Assembly (NCBI RefSeq): GCF_036321535.1
Contig: NC_087437.1
Location: 104,100,001 to 104,164,000, forward strand
Reading direction: 5' to 3'
Source of the DNA: Camelus dromedarius
Lineage: Eukaryota
Length of the DNA: 64,000 nucleotides
Shown here in pieces: positions 1-13,902 of the stretch; position 1 is the first letter of the stretch; the number at the start of each line of letters is the position of its first letter. Position numbers and translations under genes: made by a program. Under the pieces are notes generated by a model. It ran no database searches, was not told the origin of the DNA, and saw only the letters and a program-made list of their open reading frames with translations.

Positions 1-59
1 TGCTAATAAATCCTTTAAAATCTTTCGCTACACAAGGCTCTCCATCTTCCATCTGAATT

Positions 60-260
60 CTTTTTTTTTTAACATTTTTTTTATTGAGTTACAGTCATTT
101 TACAATGTTGTGTCAAATTCCAGTGTAGATCACAATTTTTCACTTATACATGAACATACATACATTCATTGTCACATTTTTTTTTTCGCTCTGAGCTACC
201 ACAAGATCTTGTATATATTTCCCTGTGCTGTACAGTATAATCTTGTTTATCTATTCTGTA
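60..260 (-). mobile_element. 5'-truncated young L1 3' end with poly(A) tail and 13-bp TSD
   Basis: Poly-T at 61-82. The reverse complement matches the 3'UTR at ~36440-36620. TSD ttccatctgaatt at 47-59 and 261-273. Confidence 0.9.
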
Positions 261-1819
261 TTCCATCTGAATTTTTATCTTTCAGATATGATGAGAACTG
301 GGGTCTTTTCCCTTCTCCTTCTGGAGTAACAGATCTTTTTCAAGTGGTAACATTTTTTTCTCCAGGAAAATTATCTTATTAATAAATATGGGACAGCAAG
401 TCTTGAACCAAGATATAATGTAGCTAAATATCAATTTAGTGGGGAACAAATACATGAGATGTTATCTTTCTTCTTTCTTTATATCCTCTATATCAAGATA
501 AATTTTCCACTGTTTAGCTGTTAGGGTAACAAGGTATAATTATGGTCATCATTGTCAATTTTCTTGATAGGAAGAATCTATGATCAGATAGTATCAATAA
601 AGATTGAACTTGAATAGTTGAAAAGTTTTCCCTAGATCTCTGATACAAAATTGCAGGAAGCAAAATATTATTAATCCTCTTCAGCCTTCAAAAGCAACTT
701 GGAAAAAGGACTCTTTTGAGTTGTTTTGAAAGAGATTTGAAACAGATGTTGATAATATATTATTAATATTCACTATTAGATTGAGAAGAAATTTAAAAGA
801 AGTACTGAATAAAGAATTTCTGCCTCTTACAGTTTGAAACAATGCTGTCTCTGCCTTAAAAATGCAATCAAAAAATAAATTAAGATCTTAGCAAACAGTA
901 AGGATTCTCTCCTGATGCTTGGCCAAGACTTCCCTTAAAACACAATGATAATAATAAAATAATCTATGAAGTAACTACTATAATATTTTGATTATATTTG
1001 ATTACCTTTCAAGATTAATTGTAATCATGAAAATCAGTTTCTTGATGGAAAAATATTCAGGGAAATAGAGACATAAACTAAGGAACTTGATCACATTGCT
1101 GAGATTCCTCAAAATTAAAGCCACGCCTTTAGATGTTTCTATAGCTCAAGGACTCAATTTTTTAAAATATTTTTACATAGATAATTATTACTGTAGGCAG
1201 TTTATCTAAATGAAGTCCAATGCATGATACTTTACAGATGTATATTTATATAGTAATAAGTACATTTCAAAGCTATGTTTTATTCATAGAGAAAGATGTA
1301 TAATTTAAAGGCTGTGGATATTAAATTTTAGACATTGATTTTTATTCATTCAATACAAAAGTGTAATGATAATGTGTCATTGATCATATTTATCATTTAT
1401 TTGAAGGTTATTTTTAAATAAGGAAAAAATATTACTCATGTAATTTTCCTTGAGATATACAAGTACTCATATAAGGAGAGAACTGATTATCTCTCTGAGT
1501 GGTACAGGTCGTGGTGATATCAGGAAATATGACGGCGTGTAAACAAGAGGCAGACTCACCTAGGTACTATTCTCATTTAACTGCAGAGAGGCATAGTAAG
1601 AAAAAAGAATTAAACTGTAGGTAAAGTCTACATTCTAACTGGTATGATCCTAATCCTCTTATGTTCATTATAACAAGAACACCATTTCCCAGTTTTTAAA
1701 ATTACCAGGCAAACTAAAAAAAACGATAGTTTGCACTACAGTTGTACCCTTCCCTTCCATATTAGCAAACAAATTTTTGTTTTCACTCAGAGCTTCCAAT
1801 AGTTATTTAGTATTTAGTA

Positions 1820-2380
1820 AATCTGCATGGACAGACAAGGATCTCCATATATTGGAAGAAAATTCCAGTGAAAGAAAAGATCAAAATTAAAAACTGAAAG
1901 AAATTCAGAGGGAAGAGAAGCAATGTAAGGAATATAAAAAAAAATTGTAGAAATTTAAAAAGCAATTGGATCAAGAAGAGAAAGCTATGAAACAGCAAAA
2001 AGCAAACTAAGATAAAATGGGGCTTTTGGCAAATTACTAATAACAAAATAAATGAAAAATATAGATTTTGAAGTAGTTTTGTTAAAAAGTCTCCAGAAAG
2101 CAGTGTAAAATGGCAGGGATGATTTCTTTTAAAATATATGAACTAGAGATTCATGTGAGGACAGCCAGTATCCAACTAATAGTAGTTCTGAAAATAGAGC
2201 ATTTGTGAGAAAATCATCAAATAAAGAAAAAGGTTATGTTGCAGAAATAAAATGAGATTTCATAGTGAATTGGGATCCCTAAGATCTCATAAAACTGATG
2301 AACGAAGAGAAAAATAAGAGGTACTCCCTGGCATACAGAAAATTCAGAAAACTAGAATCAGAGATACGCTGATCAACACC
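1820..2380 (+). mobile_element. Highly decayed ancient L1/HAL1-like ORF1 remnant
   Basis: A-rich, purine-biased stretch with motifs resembling old L1 ORF1 (e.g. 'tatccaactaatagtagttctgaaa'). No intact frame. Confidence 0.45.
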
Positions 2381-3719
2381 AAGACCAGAATTTTCACATA
2401 TGCAAGAGCTTTGATGTTTTCCCTTCCGTGGATTTTATCTCAAGAAATTACCAAAGAATAAATTATATTAATATGATAACATGGGAATTGGAGTGAAAAT
2501 TCAAGAGCTAGGCATTTTGGTTAGAAACCATACTTGCCGGATAATTAATATATGCAGTCATTTTCCTTCAGCAAATAGGAAGTTAAATGAAATAAATACA
2601 TACGTTTTATTTGTATATGTTTTATATGTAGTATGTATAATTTATATACATATATGCACATACAAAATTATATAAAACATTCCTCTTAGCCTTCCTTAAA
2701 ATTTACCTGTGGCTGTTAATGAAGTTGAAAAAAATTGTAGGAAATATAATAAAACTCTAACTCTTGAGGAACCGGAATACTACTCTGATCCTTAAGTTAA
2801 TCTTGCCCATAGAGGACAGGGGAATGAGGGATTATGAGACTGATTACAATTTATAGTAGTGTCTATGGGTGCCAGATCCTACCCTCTGATTGTCATCCCA
2901 GCCAATGAATGGGTGGTTGAGAAAGAGGTCAGTAGTGGGCAAAATCTCCCTCCTGATTCCCTGGACTATGATGTGATGCGAGTATTTCTCCCTATGAAAA
3001 TCACCCCAAAACACCACGACACTGCGAAGACTGGAGAAATTAGCGCCACTACCACAGGCTTGGAAATACCGAGCAACTCATTTCTAACATCTCCCCTTTC
3101 ATCTTACCTACTTAATCTGTCCTAAATTCTGAAGCTTGTAGGTTCACAGAAGAACAGCACGAACGTACTCATGCAGTTACTCCAATTCCAGGTGCTTTTC
3201 CAGGTATGCTCCGTTTACTCGACAAAACAACGTGTTTTCCCGCAACTAATATGCAGCATTTAATACTGAAAATTCCTTCCTTTATATGCCTGCTCTGAAG
3301 GCCACCAGAGCAGTTTAGGCTTTTGCTGAACTAAGAGATTCCAGACAGCAACTGAGTCAAGAGTTAGGTCTGCAGTTTAGAAGTAAATACCACTGTACAC
3401 AGGAGAACACTGGGCTCCAGCTTAACCCTGGTCTTCCCTTCCTGATTCTATCAACTTGGACTGACTTAGCCCCTGCAATTTTGTAAGCCAATCAGCTATA
3501 ATAAATCTCTCATCTAAATCTAAACGGGAATATAATTATAAGGATACACACACACAATTACTCTCCTTCTTAGGTTTAATTCTAGCTGATGCGGGTTGTA
3601 TGTATAAGATAGAATCCCATCAGGCTAGGCAGAAGCGTGATGGTATGACCTTTATTTGGAAGTCAGTAGAAATAAAGAGGACAGTATTGATGCTGAGTTG
3701 ACAAATAGGTAGCATATTC

Positions 3720-4225
3720 TGTGTTGACAGCTGTCAAATTTGAACCACAACCTCCCACTTCTAAGACATTGCCTGCACTGTCAAGGAGAAGCAGGAATTT
3801 CATTTCCCGAACACTCTTCCTATTGGACCTGGAGTTGGCTAGTGGTTCTGAAGGTGGGTAGATGAGAGGCTGTGGCAGTCATCCAGGACAGTGCTCTTCA
3901 CAGACATTGTAGCAGACCCCCTGACTTTAGTTCTATTTTCACAATTTTGGTGGCCAGATAAAATGATCTTTCAACCTTATCCTCTAACTTCTGCTTTGAG
4001 GCATGGTGATTAAATGCAATGGTCTATTAAACGACAGCCCCGAAGTTCAACTTTCCAGACTCTTCCACAGCTTCATCTTTTCTACCTGTTCTAGTGTTTC
4101 AGACTGAAGAAGTAAATGACTGCAGCTTTCCAGACTCTCACTTTCCCATCATCTTCCACCTTCATGTAAAACCCGATTCTTATATTAAACCCATGTATTT
4201 CTAGTACATCTATTTTTCTAACTCA
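3720..4225 (+). mobile_element. Old ERVL-class LTR remnant (LTR33/LTR41-like)
   Basis: Motifs 'catttcccgaacactctt' and terminal 'attaaacccatgtatttc...tttctaact' resemble recalled ERVL LTRs. Confidence 0.4.
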
Positions 4226-6297
4226 GTAAAAACTATCACATTTATTCCTTCTTGCTTAATGTTATGTATTCTATATTCTACATAAAGGAATGTAGAATAC
4301 AGATAATGTGTTATTTATAATAAATATAATAATACTATATTATTTATGAATATGTTTAAATAAATTATCTGATTTAGAATGCTAAAATTTTATTTAATTT
4401 TTATTTAATTTAATATTTATATTTAATAATATTTTAAACACATTTAATAATATTTTACTCATTCGAATTGCACAAATTCTCAAAATGTATGAAATAAACT
4501 CTTCTATTTTATCTAGGCAGACTTCAATATTCTGTACAAAATGTATAAAAGTCAACTAACTTTTCTTAAATCATCTGCTCATTAATTATATATGATTTAG
4601 AATTAATTGAAGGTTAGGTGTACATTTGTATAGGCAATCATACACACACGGTTGTATGTATCAATATACATAGTATACAACTGTTTATAAAGATAAGTTT
4701 TTTTCTTGTATTTGTTACTTGATATTCTATTATTTGCCCACTGGCTTGACTAATAAAAGATAGCTTTCATATCACATTTAATCTTCAATTCTGATGAGAA
4801 ATAGATAATTAAGACAATTGATTAGACATTAACATAGATGCAAATAACAGAATAATTTCTCCAGTAGACTTTCTGTAGCATTATTTGAACAATATATCTA
4901 ATTAACTTGTTTTATACAGCCTAGAAATCTATGGGTGTCTAATTAACATATTTGCATCCATAACGCTATTTGTATTAGCTACAGTCTGACAATCTCCCTT
5001 TGGGTTGTCAACTTCACAAGCCAGAAAAATAATTGAAAATTATAAAGACATTACCAATAACACATTCTTTATATTGCACTTTGCATTTGTGTAAATGAAT
5101 GAATGAATAAAATATTGAAACTAAAATAAACATGGTATATCAATGATTACAAATTGTATTTTATTGTAACCACATTATGAATTACATTTAACTCTGGAAA
5201 AAAGAAGCTCATAATAGAAAAAAATTGATTGCTATTTATTTAATCCCTCTATCAATTTCTTCCTCTCTGATATTTTGGTATAGCTTCTCAAAAACTTAAA
5301 CATATTCTTTACAATAGTAAGGAAAGGCAATAGAGAAAAAGAAAGGGAAAGCATAAAGCACATTCATTCCAAGTATTTTCTATTCATTATCCAAATATGT
5401 TCTTTCTCCCACACAGCTCTTTCAGCTAAGTGCATTTAAATACTCAAGGTTCAATACTTTTATTTGCAAAAATCAGAGACTAATAGCTAAAATAGAGTAA
5501 AAGAACAGTACAATAATAGTGCTAGGCAAATTATTTAATTAGGGTAATTTACTTTGGCAATACATTCGATGTGATGATTGCATTTCTAATTATTACCTAG
5601 CTCGATGTGATTTGAGAATTAAAGTTAGATTTTTTTTTCTTACACTAGAAATAAAAATTATACTTAATGAGACTAGCTAACGAGTAAAAACTATAAGACT
5701 CATGGCATTCAAATATACTTAATACATTTTGCCAAGCATATTAGAAAGAACTGAGATTGCAAAATACTCTGTGCTTCATTTTAGTGTACAGTTATATAAC
5801 CCCAAAGAAATAAGATAGGACCTAATGAGTTTGTCCGTAGTGTAGGCGCTGGAAGAACGTTTATCTGGTGCTGCTGGCATTATCATAGGAATTTAGAAAT
5901 AAGTGAATGCCACTGAACACAGAAGAGGATTCTTTCAAATTAGAATTTTCATTTGAAGAATATGGGTGCACTGTGTAAATAAAAAAAGTAAAAGACTACA
6001 TTTATTTATGCATGTTCAAGTTATTTAATTTTTGAAGTATTATATGGTATACTATAGCTATAAATCTTCTGTTTATATCAGATTTGGGGTGAAGGCAGAT
6101 ATTCAGTAATTAAGACTTTTTAGGCATACCTTTAGTTTTGATTTATTAAAGATAAATAATAAGTATAAAAAAGGAAGTGTTTAACAAAACAGTAACATTG
6201 ACATACAAATGACAGTTTTATTACTAACAATAGTAACAGGAATGCATGTATTTGTTCAATTTATTGTGTTCTCATTTTTTTCCAAAAATATAATAAA

Positions 6298-6577
6298 CAA
6301 GAAGTAAAGGAAAAAGAAAAATGCCATATGATACTGCTTATATGTGAAATCTAAAAAAAGAACACAAATGAATTTATTTACAAAACAGGAACAGACTCAC
6401 AGACATAGAGAACAAGATTATAGTTACCAGGGGGTAAAGGGAGCAGGAAGGGATAAATTGGGAGTTTGAAAATTGCACCTCATGGGGAAGGATGGAAATG
6501 CTAGCTATCTTAACTGTGGTGGTGGTTTCATGGGTGTATACATCTATCAAAATTCATCAAATTGTAAAAAAAAAAAA
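6298..6577 (+). mobile_element. Chimeric L1 3' end: younger L1 3'UTR joined to an older L1M-type tail plus A12
   Basis: 6298-6477 matches 8850-9020 in this window. 6478-6565 resembles the old L1MC/ME 3' end. A-run at 6566-6577. Confidence 0.7.
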
Positions 6578-6999
6578 GTGAACCAAGGTGTCTAAAACAC
6601 AAGAATATGAAAGGGAATACCAGCCAGAATTCCCCATCTGAGTCCCGTCAATTGAAAAATGGGGGCCAATCTCCAAGGAGAAGAGAAAGCAACAGAACAA
6701 TCATCACTGAGCTAAAAGAAAAGTGACAAAAATATGTATCTGGCAGAAAACAGTGGAGTATCGATCTCAAATCCTATTTTAATCACACTTAATGATCCAG
6801 CATTTACTTGCTCTCACAAGAGCAAAACAGGTTGACATCAAAGACCACAAACTCTAATCTTTCCCGTACAGAAATATGAAGCTGCTGGGGTGTCTCACCT
6901 CCTTTTCACTTCTTTTACCTTCACACACATTCAAATTTAGGGACTAGAAGAGAAAGTAGTAAAAAGTACACACTGAAGAAATCATATTAAATAACATGA

Positions 7000-7810
7000 C
7001 AAGATTAGGATGATCATGGTGATATGGTAAAGAGCCAAATGGGGACAAACGGTTGACCATATTACACGACATGCAAAGGGATCTGATTTTTTTGCTGACG
7101 GGTTAGCACCTCTCAGGCATCAGGTTCTTGCACAGAAAGGAGAGCGGTGTTGAAGCCATAGAGTCTTAGATAAATGACACACAGAGAAGCCTATTAATAA
7201 AACTGCTAATTAATAAGTAACATGGTTGAGTGGTAAGAGGCTGAAATTGTGGGTAGGGTGGTGAATACCGAAAAAAAGTAAGAGACAAAGAGGAGCAAAA
7301 TAAAGGTTAAAACGGTACTCGTTAATGATTAATTAGACACGGTAGATGAGGAAGAGAATGAGTCAAATTAGAACCATATATTTTACAACCTAGGAGACCT
7401 GGAGAAACATATCATCATGATGAAAATTAAAGGGACCAGGATGAGGCTCCAGTTTAAAGTGTAATGTGATTAGGTCAGTTTTATCCATATTAAACTCAAA
7501 TTAATACTGGATAATCAGCATAAGAACAGTCAAAGGGAAGTTAAAAAATTGGAGAAAGAGCAGAGAAAGAAGGTCTGAGGTAGACGGGGAAAATCTTGAG
7601 AAATATATTCAGAAGATAAAGGCTGACAAAATCTTGAAAAGTACTCACTAGTGAGAACAAGATTTGAGAAAAATAATGGAAAGACAGAAAACTAATCAAC
7701 AAATATAGGAAAAGGACAGGATACTTCAATATACCTGCACATAGAATAGGAGAGAATTTCAGGAAGATAATGCTTTTGTTGCTCCAAATGCTCCTGACAT
7801 GAATGGAAGG
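7000..7810 (-). mobile_element. Decayed L2 fragment
   Basis: Purine-rich stretch with antisense-L2-like motifs ('gagtcaaattaga', 'ggtcagttttatccatattaaactc'). Confidence 0.45.
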
Positions 7811-8267
7811 GAATAAAAACTCGTAGATCCAAAATATGACTTAAACATTACAATACATTGTATGCTAGAAATAGAACAAAGGAATGTTATATTTACTATT
7901 ATGCTAACATTTTCATTTTTAAATTAGCATCAGCTTCTTTAAAAAATGCCAAATCCATCCACGTGAAATGTGACATAATATAAACTATTAATCATTCCCT
8001 CGGAAGAATGTGAGAAAAGATTTTGCATCATACTTACATTGCATGTCTAAGAAATTGATGCTCGTTCTACTCTGTGTCACATTTCTTTGATTTTTATTTA
8101 TTTAACACACACACACAGAGTGACTGTCAGTTATTTGTTTGTAAAATGCTTCAAATAAAACCCACACATTGAAATTGATTGCTTTGCTTTTAAGTTGTTT
8201 TTAATATATCAATTGCTTTTTTATTCTTTATTTTACTTTGAAAAGTATTTGTTGAAGAACTTCCATG

Positions 8268-9471
8268 TGTAGAAAAAACTTAACTCAGCAGGCCTGGGTT
8301 GCTCAAACACTGCACATTTCCAAGAAAGGGCTGTCTTTGTAGCTGGCCTTTGCCTGGCTTGCAAGACATGAGCTCTAAGCCCTTGAAATATTTTGCCTGA
8401 TAAGTGTGTTTCTTTTTGACACCTGTGGCCTTTGGGCACAAGCATCTAATTGGACCAGATAGTTTATGCTAACAACATTATTTATGGTGACTGACTGCTT
8501 TTTGCTCTGGGGGCTAGACTCTAACCAGCAGAGGTCAAGCATGCATAAATTATTGACCCCCAATAACTACCCAGGACACCCAGACTCAGATTAGCTTTCT
8601 TGGTTAAGAACACTTTACACTCTAATTTAAAAAGGTACATGCACCCCGGTGTTCATAGCAACACTATTTACAATAGCCAAGACGTGGAAGCAAGCTAAAT
8701 GTCCATCAACAGATGATTAGATAAAGAAGTTGTAGTATACACATACATATATATACAATGGAATACTACTCAGCCATTAAAAAGGAATAAAATAATGCCA
8801 TTTGCAGCAACATGAATGGACCTGGAAATTGACATACTCAATGAAATAAGACAGAAAGAGAAAGGAAAATGTCATATGATATCACTTATATGTGCCATCT
8901 AAAAAAATGACACGAATTTATTTACAAAACAGAAACAGACTCAAAGATATAGAAAACAAACTAATAGTTACCAGGGAGGAAAGGGGGTGGAGGGATAAAT
9001 TGGAGTTTGGGATTTGCAGATACTACTATATACAAAATAGATAAACAACAAGGTCCTTCTGTATAGCATAAGGAACTATATTCAGTATTTTGTAATAGCC
9101 TATAATGAAAAAGAATATGGAAAGGAATATATATGTGTGTATAAATGAATCACTATGCTGCACACCAGAACTTAACATTGTAAATGGACTATTTCAATTT
9201 AAAAAAAGAACACTTTACACGTGCTGTCACATAGCATTGCTGGGAGAATTAAGCACATTGAGCAGTTCCACTGGGAGAGGACACCTGGAAGTTTGTGTCT
9301 GGTCTCCCCTAGACTCTGGCCCAAGTGTCTTTTCCCTTTGTTTATTTGAATCTGAATATTTTACTGTACTAACACTGTATTTACTCCATGAGAATGACAG
9401 CTTCTCTGCATCCTGTGAGTTCTTCTAATAAATTATTGAGCCTGAGGGTTTTTCTTGGGGAGTCCAACACA
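8268..9471 (+). mobile_element. Solo LTR (MER68/MER77/MER21-like) split by an L1 insertion
   Basis: TG...CA termini with near-TSD ccatg (8263-8267) / ccatc (9472-9476). Motif 'ccactgggagaggacacctggaag' and end 'tcttggggagtccaacaca'. Confidence 0.75.
8621..9205 (+). mobile_element. 5'-truncated L1 (ORF2 C-terminus plus 3'UTR) with perfect 15-bp TSD
   Basis: TSD aagaacactttacac at 8606-8620 and 9206-9220. Contains L1 ORF2-end motifs ('caatagccaagacgtggaagc', 'atggaatactactcagcc'). Confidence 0.93.
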
Positions 9472-12400
9472 CCATCATTTGTGCTTTAACTTTCTAGCCT
9501 GTCTAGGCTACATGACTAGAGGGACATAAAGGCCCCTACGGGGACATCTGCCTCCGCGTGCTGTCTCCAAGCCAAATTCATCACACAGATGTTGTTGGTT
9601 CAATTTCAAGGCTCGAGTCCTTGTGAGAATAAGAAGACCCCAGAGGAGGTGTGCCTCCAAGTCTCTTGGGCCTGCCCAAATTTGCCTGAACTCTCCTCTT
9701 GCTGTATTACATTATTCGCCTTTGTTAAATCTATGTGAGTATGTTCTGAGGAGTATTGTGCATTATTTCAAATATATGAACTTGAGTAACTTTTATACCT
9801 ATATTACAAAATAAATGATTAAATCTAAGGTTAAAGCACTTAAAATAATGGGACTTACCATTTATGACCTAATATTGGATCATATCAGTAACTTCATCAA
9901 ATCAACTTCACAGACATCTGATCAGATACATAAAATCAATATGCAATCAATTCTATTGTTATCAAAACGTTTTCATTTTTAAAAAGGAAAAATTCTAATC
10001 AATCTGTGTTTGTAACCACTGTCATCAGGAATGGACCAGGATGCCTAAGAAATGTCATAGCAATTAAACCCGTTGGAAGAAAATCAACATTTCGTTACCA
10101 TAGTTTTAAATTGCATGCATAAAAACAAAACCTTAAATATCATAAAATTATAAAAATTTGATACAAAGTCTTGAATAATTTCATAATCATCAGTGTTTTG
10201 CTGACCCATATTTTCAGCGTGAACTAAAGAGCAGAGGTAGAATCAAAATTTTTTTTTTAATTTTCTTACTTAGAATTTGTTTTCTAAGATCACCCAAAGC
10301 AGCTCTCTATGAAATAGAAAATAATTAAAGGACTTCTTACTACTTCTACCCATAGGAGAAGAAAGCATCAAAAAATTAATTGAACAATAAATATCACAAC
10401 AGGGAAATAACATTATTTGAGTATTACCATCCTCCTGGCTGAAGTCCCAGAAGCAAATGAACTCATGGTTGTCAAAGACTGAAAAGTAAGTCGTAAGTTT
10501 TCTTTTAATTCTGCGTTAATGCAAAGAATATACATATTTCTGAAACACCAGTGCTAAGATTTAGCATCATCTGAAGTCCTATAAATAAGGTGAAAGCAAA
10601 ATAGCATGACTTGTATTCGTACAGCATTGCTGAGATAAATACGCTGTGTAAGATTTTTGGAATAAGGGTATACAGGCCAATGATAACACAGATCACACTT
10701 GCTTTCATAAAACCATATTATATCATTTGTTTCTGTCGCTTTGTCAGCCCATCATTATTATTATTTTATTATTTCTTCAACTGGCCCCAAAAAGCTTAGA
10801 CTATTTCATAGATCTCATACTGTTGCTCAATATTTTCATCAATAAAATGGATGATGTAATAATAGCATACTAATTTAGTTTGCAGGGGCCGTTTCTTTTT
10901 GAAAACAGAGACTTAAAATATCTGCTTGAAGGTGAAAGTTAGAAATCAATTAGAGCTGAACAGGCAAGTACTGAGACCCAAGGCATCAGAGTTAAGTTAG
11001 TAGGAGTCAGTCCTGGGGGCATAATCACAGGACAGAGGGGAGAGTCAGTGAGCTTCTCTGTTTAGGAAAGAAGCACCTTGAAAGAGAAGAGAAACCACTG
11101 GAGATCCAGCTCCCGAGATTCTATGGGATCTGGGTGCTGCTCACGTCTGTAAGCCTGACCTTAGTCACTCTTTGTCATCTCACAACCGCTCAACAAAGCT
11201 CATTGATCAGGCACAAGGAATGATTCCATTCTTCCAAAGGACTGTTATAAGCACTGTTTTTTCTTGTTGTCTTATATTCATTCAGCCTCAGTCATTCCAT
11301 AGAGTATTTCCAACCTCCTACTCCTGATCTCTGTGTAGTATTTGTATTTCAAAAATGCGTTCAGTGACCACCCTTTTACCTTTTCCCTTTTGCTCGGATG
11401 ACTTCAGTTAGTGCTCTTGTAATATATGATTATGTTTGCAGCCATAGCATGAACCAAATATTTTGATATTTCTTTTGCTTCATATCATTTTGTCTTCAGA
11501 CTGAAACCTTCCTGAGTGAAGCAGGAGTATCAATTTTATGCACTTTTGTAAAACTTAAGTCTAGCACAATGGCTGATATGAAGGAAGTACCCAATAATTA
11601 TTTATGTTTGAAAAATGTATTTTCACTTTACTTTTAGCCACTTACAGGATTCATTTTAATTTTTCAGAATTTTCTCTCCAAATTACACAATATCTAATAT
11701 ACACATTAGTTATACATACATAATTTGTAATATACAATTTATAAGTTTTTCTACATGTAGGACATAGACTTAATAATTCATGAAATATTTATTCTAACTT
11801 CCTACTTACAATAGCATGAAAATACTATTCTTACACATTTTCAGGTATTGAAATGATCGTAGACTCCTCTAATGCGATAATAATAAATTATAGACTATAT
11901 TTTCTTACTATGTCTCCCTTTCTACCTGTTTCATATTTTTCCTACAAGATTTTATGCATGATAAATTATTAAAGACGAACCTATAGAATTCATAAAGTGG
12001 GAAAACTTTAACAAAACTTTATAAATAACAAATATGTAGTTTCATGAATAATTTTTACTATTCTTGATTTCCTCAGTGGCCTAGAGATGCCCAATTATCA
12101 TTTCAAACATAGAATCTTGGCAATGATCTGAGGAGACAAAGATCACTTTAGAAGTAAATCTGAGTCACATAAATCTGCAGATTGTCTTGCCAAAATACTG
12201 ACCCTAAGGAAATTCTTTCCATTTCCTCTAAGACCCCCAAAATCAAAAAGAACACTACCAAAAGCAAACAGCACACTCTGGGCAAGAATGTTCTTCCCTC
12301 CACATCTCTGTTTGTTCCCCCTTTTAATACTGAATTTCCCTTAGGGTTGGTATACCAGTGTAAGTTAAAATTCTGGCAGCCAGCTATTTCTGAAGGATCT

Positions 12401-13303
12401 CCAAAGCATTGCTACTCAAGTACAGGGATCTCCACATTTTAATTCCAGAAACACACCATCCCAGCAAAAAAGGATTTTATTCAGACAACTCCTATGGCCC
12501 AGCCAGACCCAGCACACTCTGGTAAGAAAGCCGCATCCTCCTCTCTGAGGAGAGGGACGTTTCTCAGGGACATTTTAATTGACTAGCATATGAAATGACC
12601 AACTCCAGGAATCATTTTGGGCAACTGAAATACTACAATTGGGTATCAATGAAGCATCAAATGGCTAACCAAGATAGAAATCCCTAAACGAGTATGTTCT
12701 CCTATTTTACAGCTCTGACCGTAGCAGTCTGCCAGTCAGTGATACATCACAATGCCATGAAAACTGTGCTTGTGTAAATTCATAATTGTATCAGGCAAAA
12801 ATCATTGTCAAGATTTTTGATCAACATGGTATGCAGTTGTGTTTGTTAGGACTGATACACATGCAATATACAGCAACAGACAGTAGTGTCCAGTTTGTGT
12901 GGCAAGGAGAGCACAGTGACATCTGGCTGCTCAAGCTGAAACATGAGGCTGTAAAAGGCCCTTTAAAAATCATACTAGAACACAATTAAATGTGAAAAAC
13001 AATTTCATAATGAACATTGAGAGCCTGAAAGATTGTTGTAAAATATAACACATTTTTTAGCCTCGGATAATTATCAGATTTTTTAAAATTAATTAACTAT
13101 CTACGGCTATTTGAAAAAAAAGGCAAAATGCAAGATTTTGAATTTTTCTGACAAAGGATAGATACTCAAGAACCATTCACAACGTACTTCCTTACGTTAA
13201 CTGACCAATCCAGTGGTTAGGCAAACTGATCATAGATCTGTAGAATTAACGGAACATCAGAGGACATTCGGTACAACATATATTTAGTGTAGTAAGAATT
13301 GCC

Positions 13304-13902
13304 TGTGCTACATATTTGAAAACATTTCCTCACAAGATGACTCATCTCAAATGGTGGTTTTTCTCATTATTGCAAAACAGTTCCTACCTTCGGCAGAAAA
13401 CTGCTTCAACAACTTCCTGCCCTTGGTCCAGCGGTGCTCCCAGAACAGCAGCTCCTGCTCTCTCACGGAACAGTCCTTTAGATATGTGACGATCTCTGCT
13501 GGAGGAGGTCACGGAGAGGACACCACTGCCTGCTGACCCAGGAGCCCGCCCCGCCCCGCTGTCCTTAGAACAACCTCCCACCTACGGTCTGCTAGTCCCC
13601 TAGCAGCCAGTTCCAAGGACATACATAGCCTTGAGACAGTAAGGTGCTGTTGAGACCATCCGGCCAGAATATATGACTGGACCTAGTCAAGAACGCTATG
13701 CAAACTTTGAAGATGCTGGCGGGCGGGTGCGGAGATCTGCTTCCTGGCACGGAGAGAAACCTTGTATGTAAATTTCCTTGTTCATTAAAACAGCCGCCGC
13801 CAATCTGGAGTATCACTTTCTTCAGTTTCTCCTTGCTTTCCGGGTCGGGGGCACCAGTTTCAGATTTCACCTGGGGAATTCCCCAGAGGTTGCAAACCAG
13901 CA
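13304..13902 (+). mobile_element. Solo LTR, probably ERVL class (LTR53/MER74/MER88-like), CpG-rich
   Basis: TG...CA ends, ATTAAA at ~13784, terminal 'ggcaccagtttcagatttcacctgggg...ggttgcaaaccagca'. No clear TSD. Confidence 0.55.

Noticed and set aside
2859..3125. 88-aa ORF in a moderately GC-rich patch
   Set aside because: GTG start, no recognisable domain and no supported splice structure.
6121..6131. 'taggcatacct' resembling the missing left Tigger1 TIR
   Set aside because: About a 10-bp match 13 kb away with no following Tigger1 sequence; likely chance.
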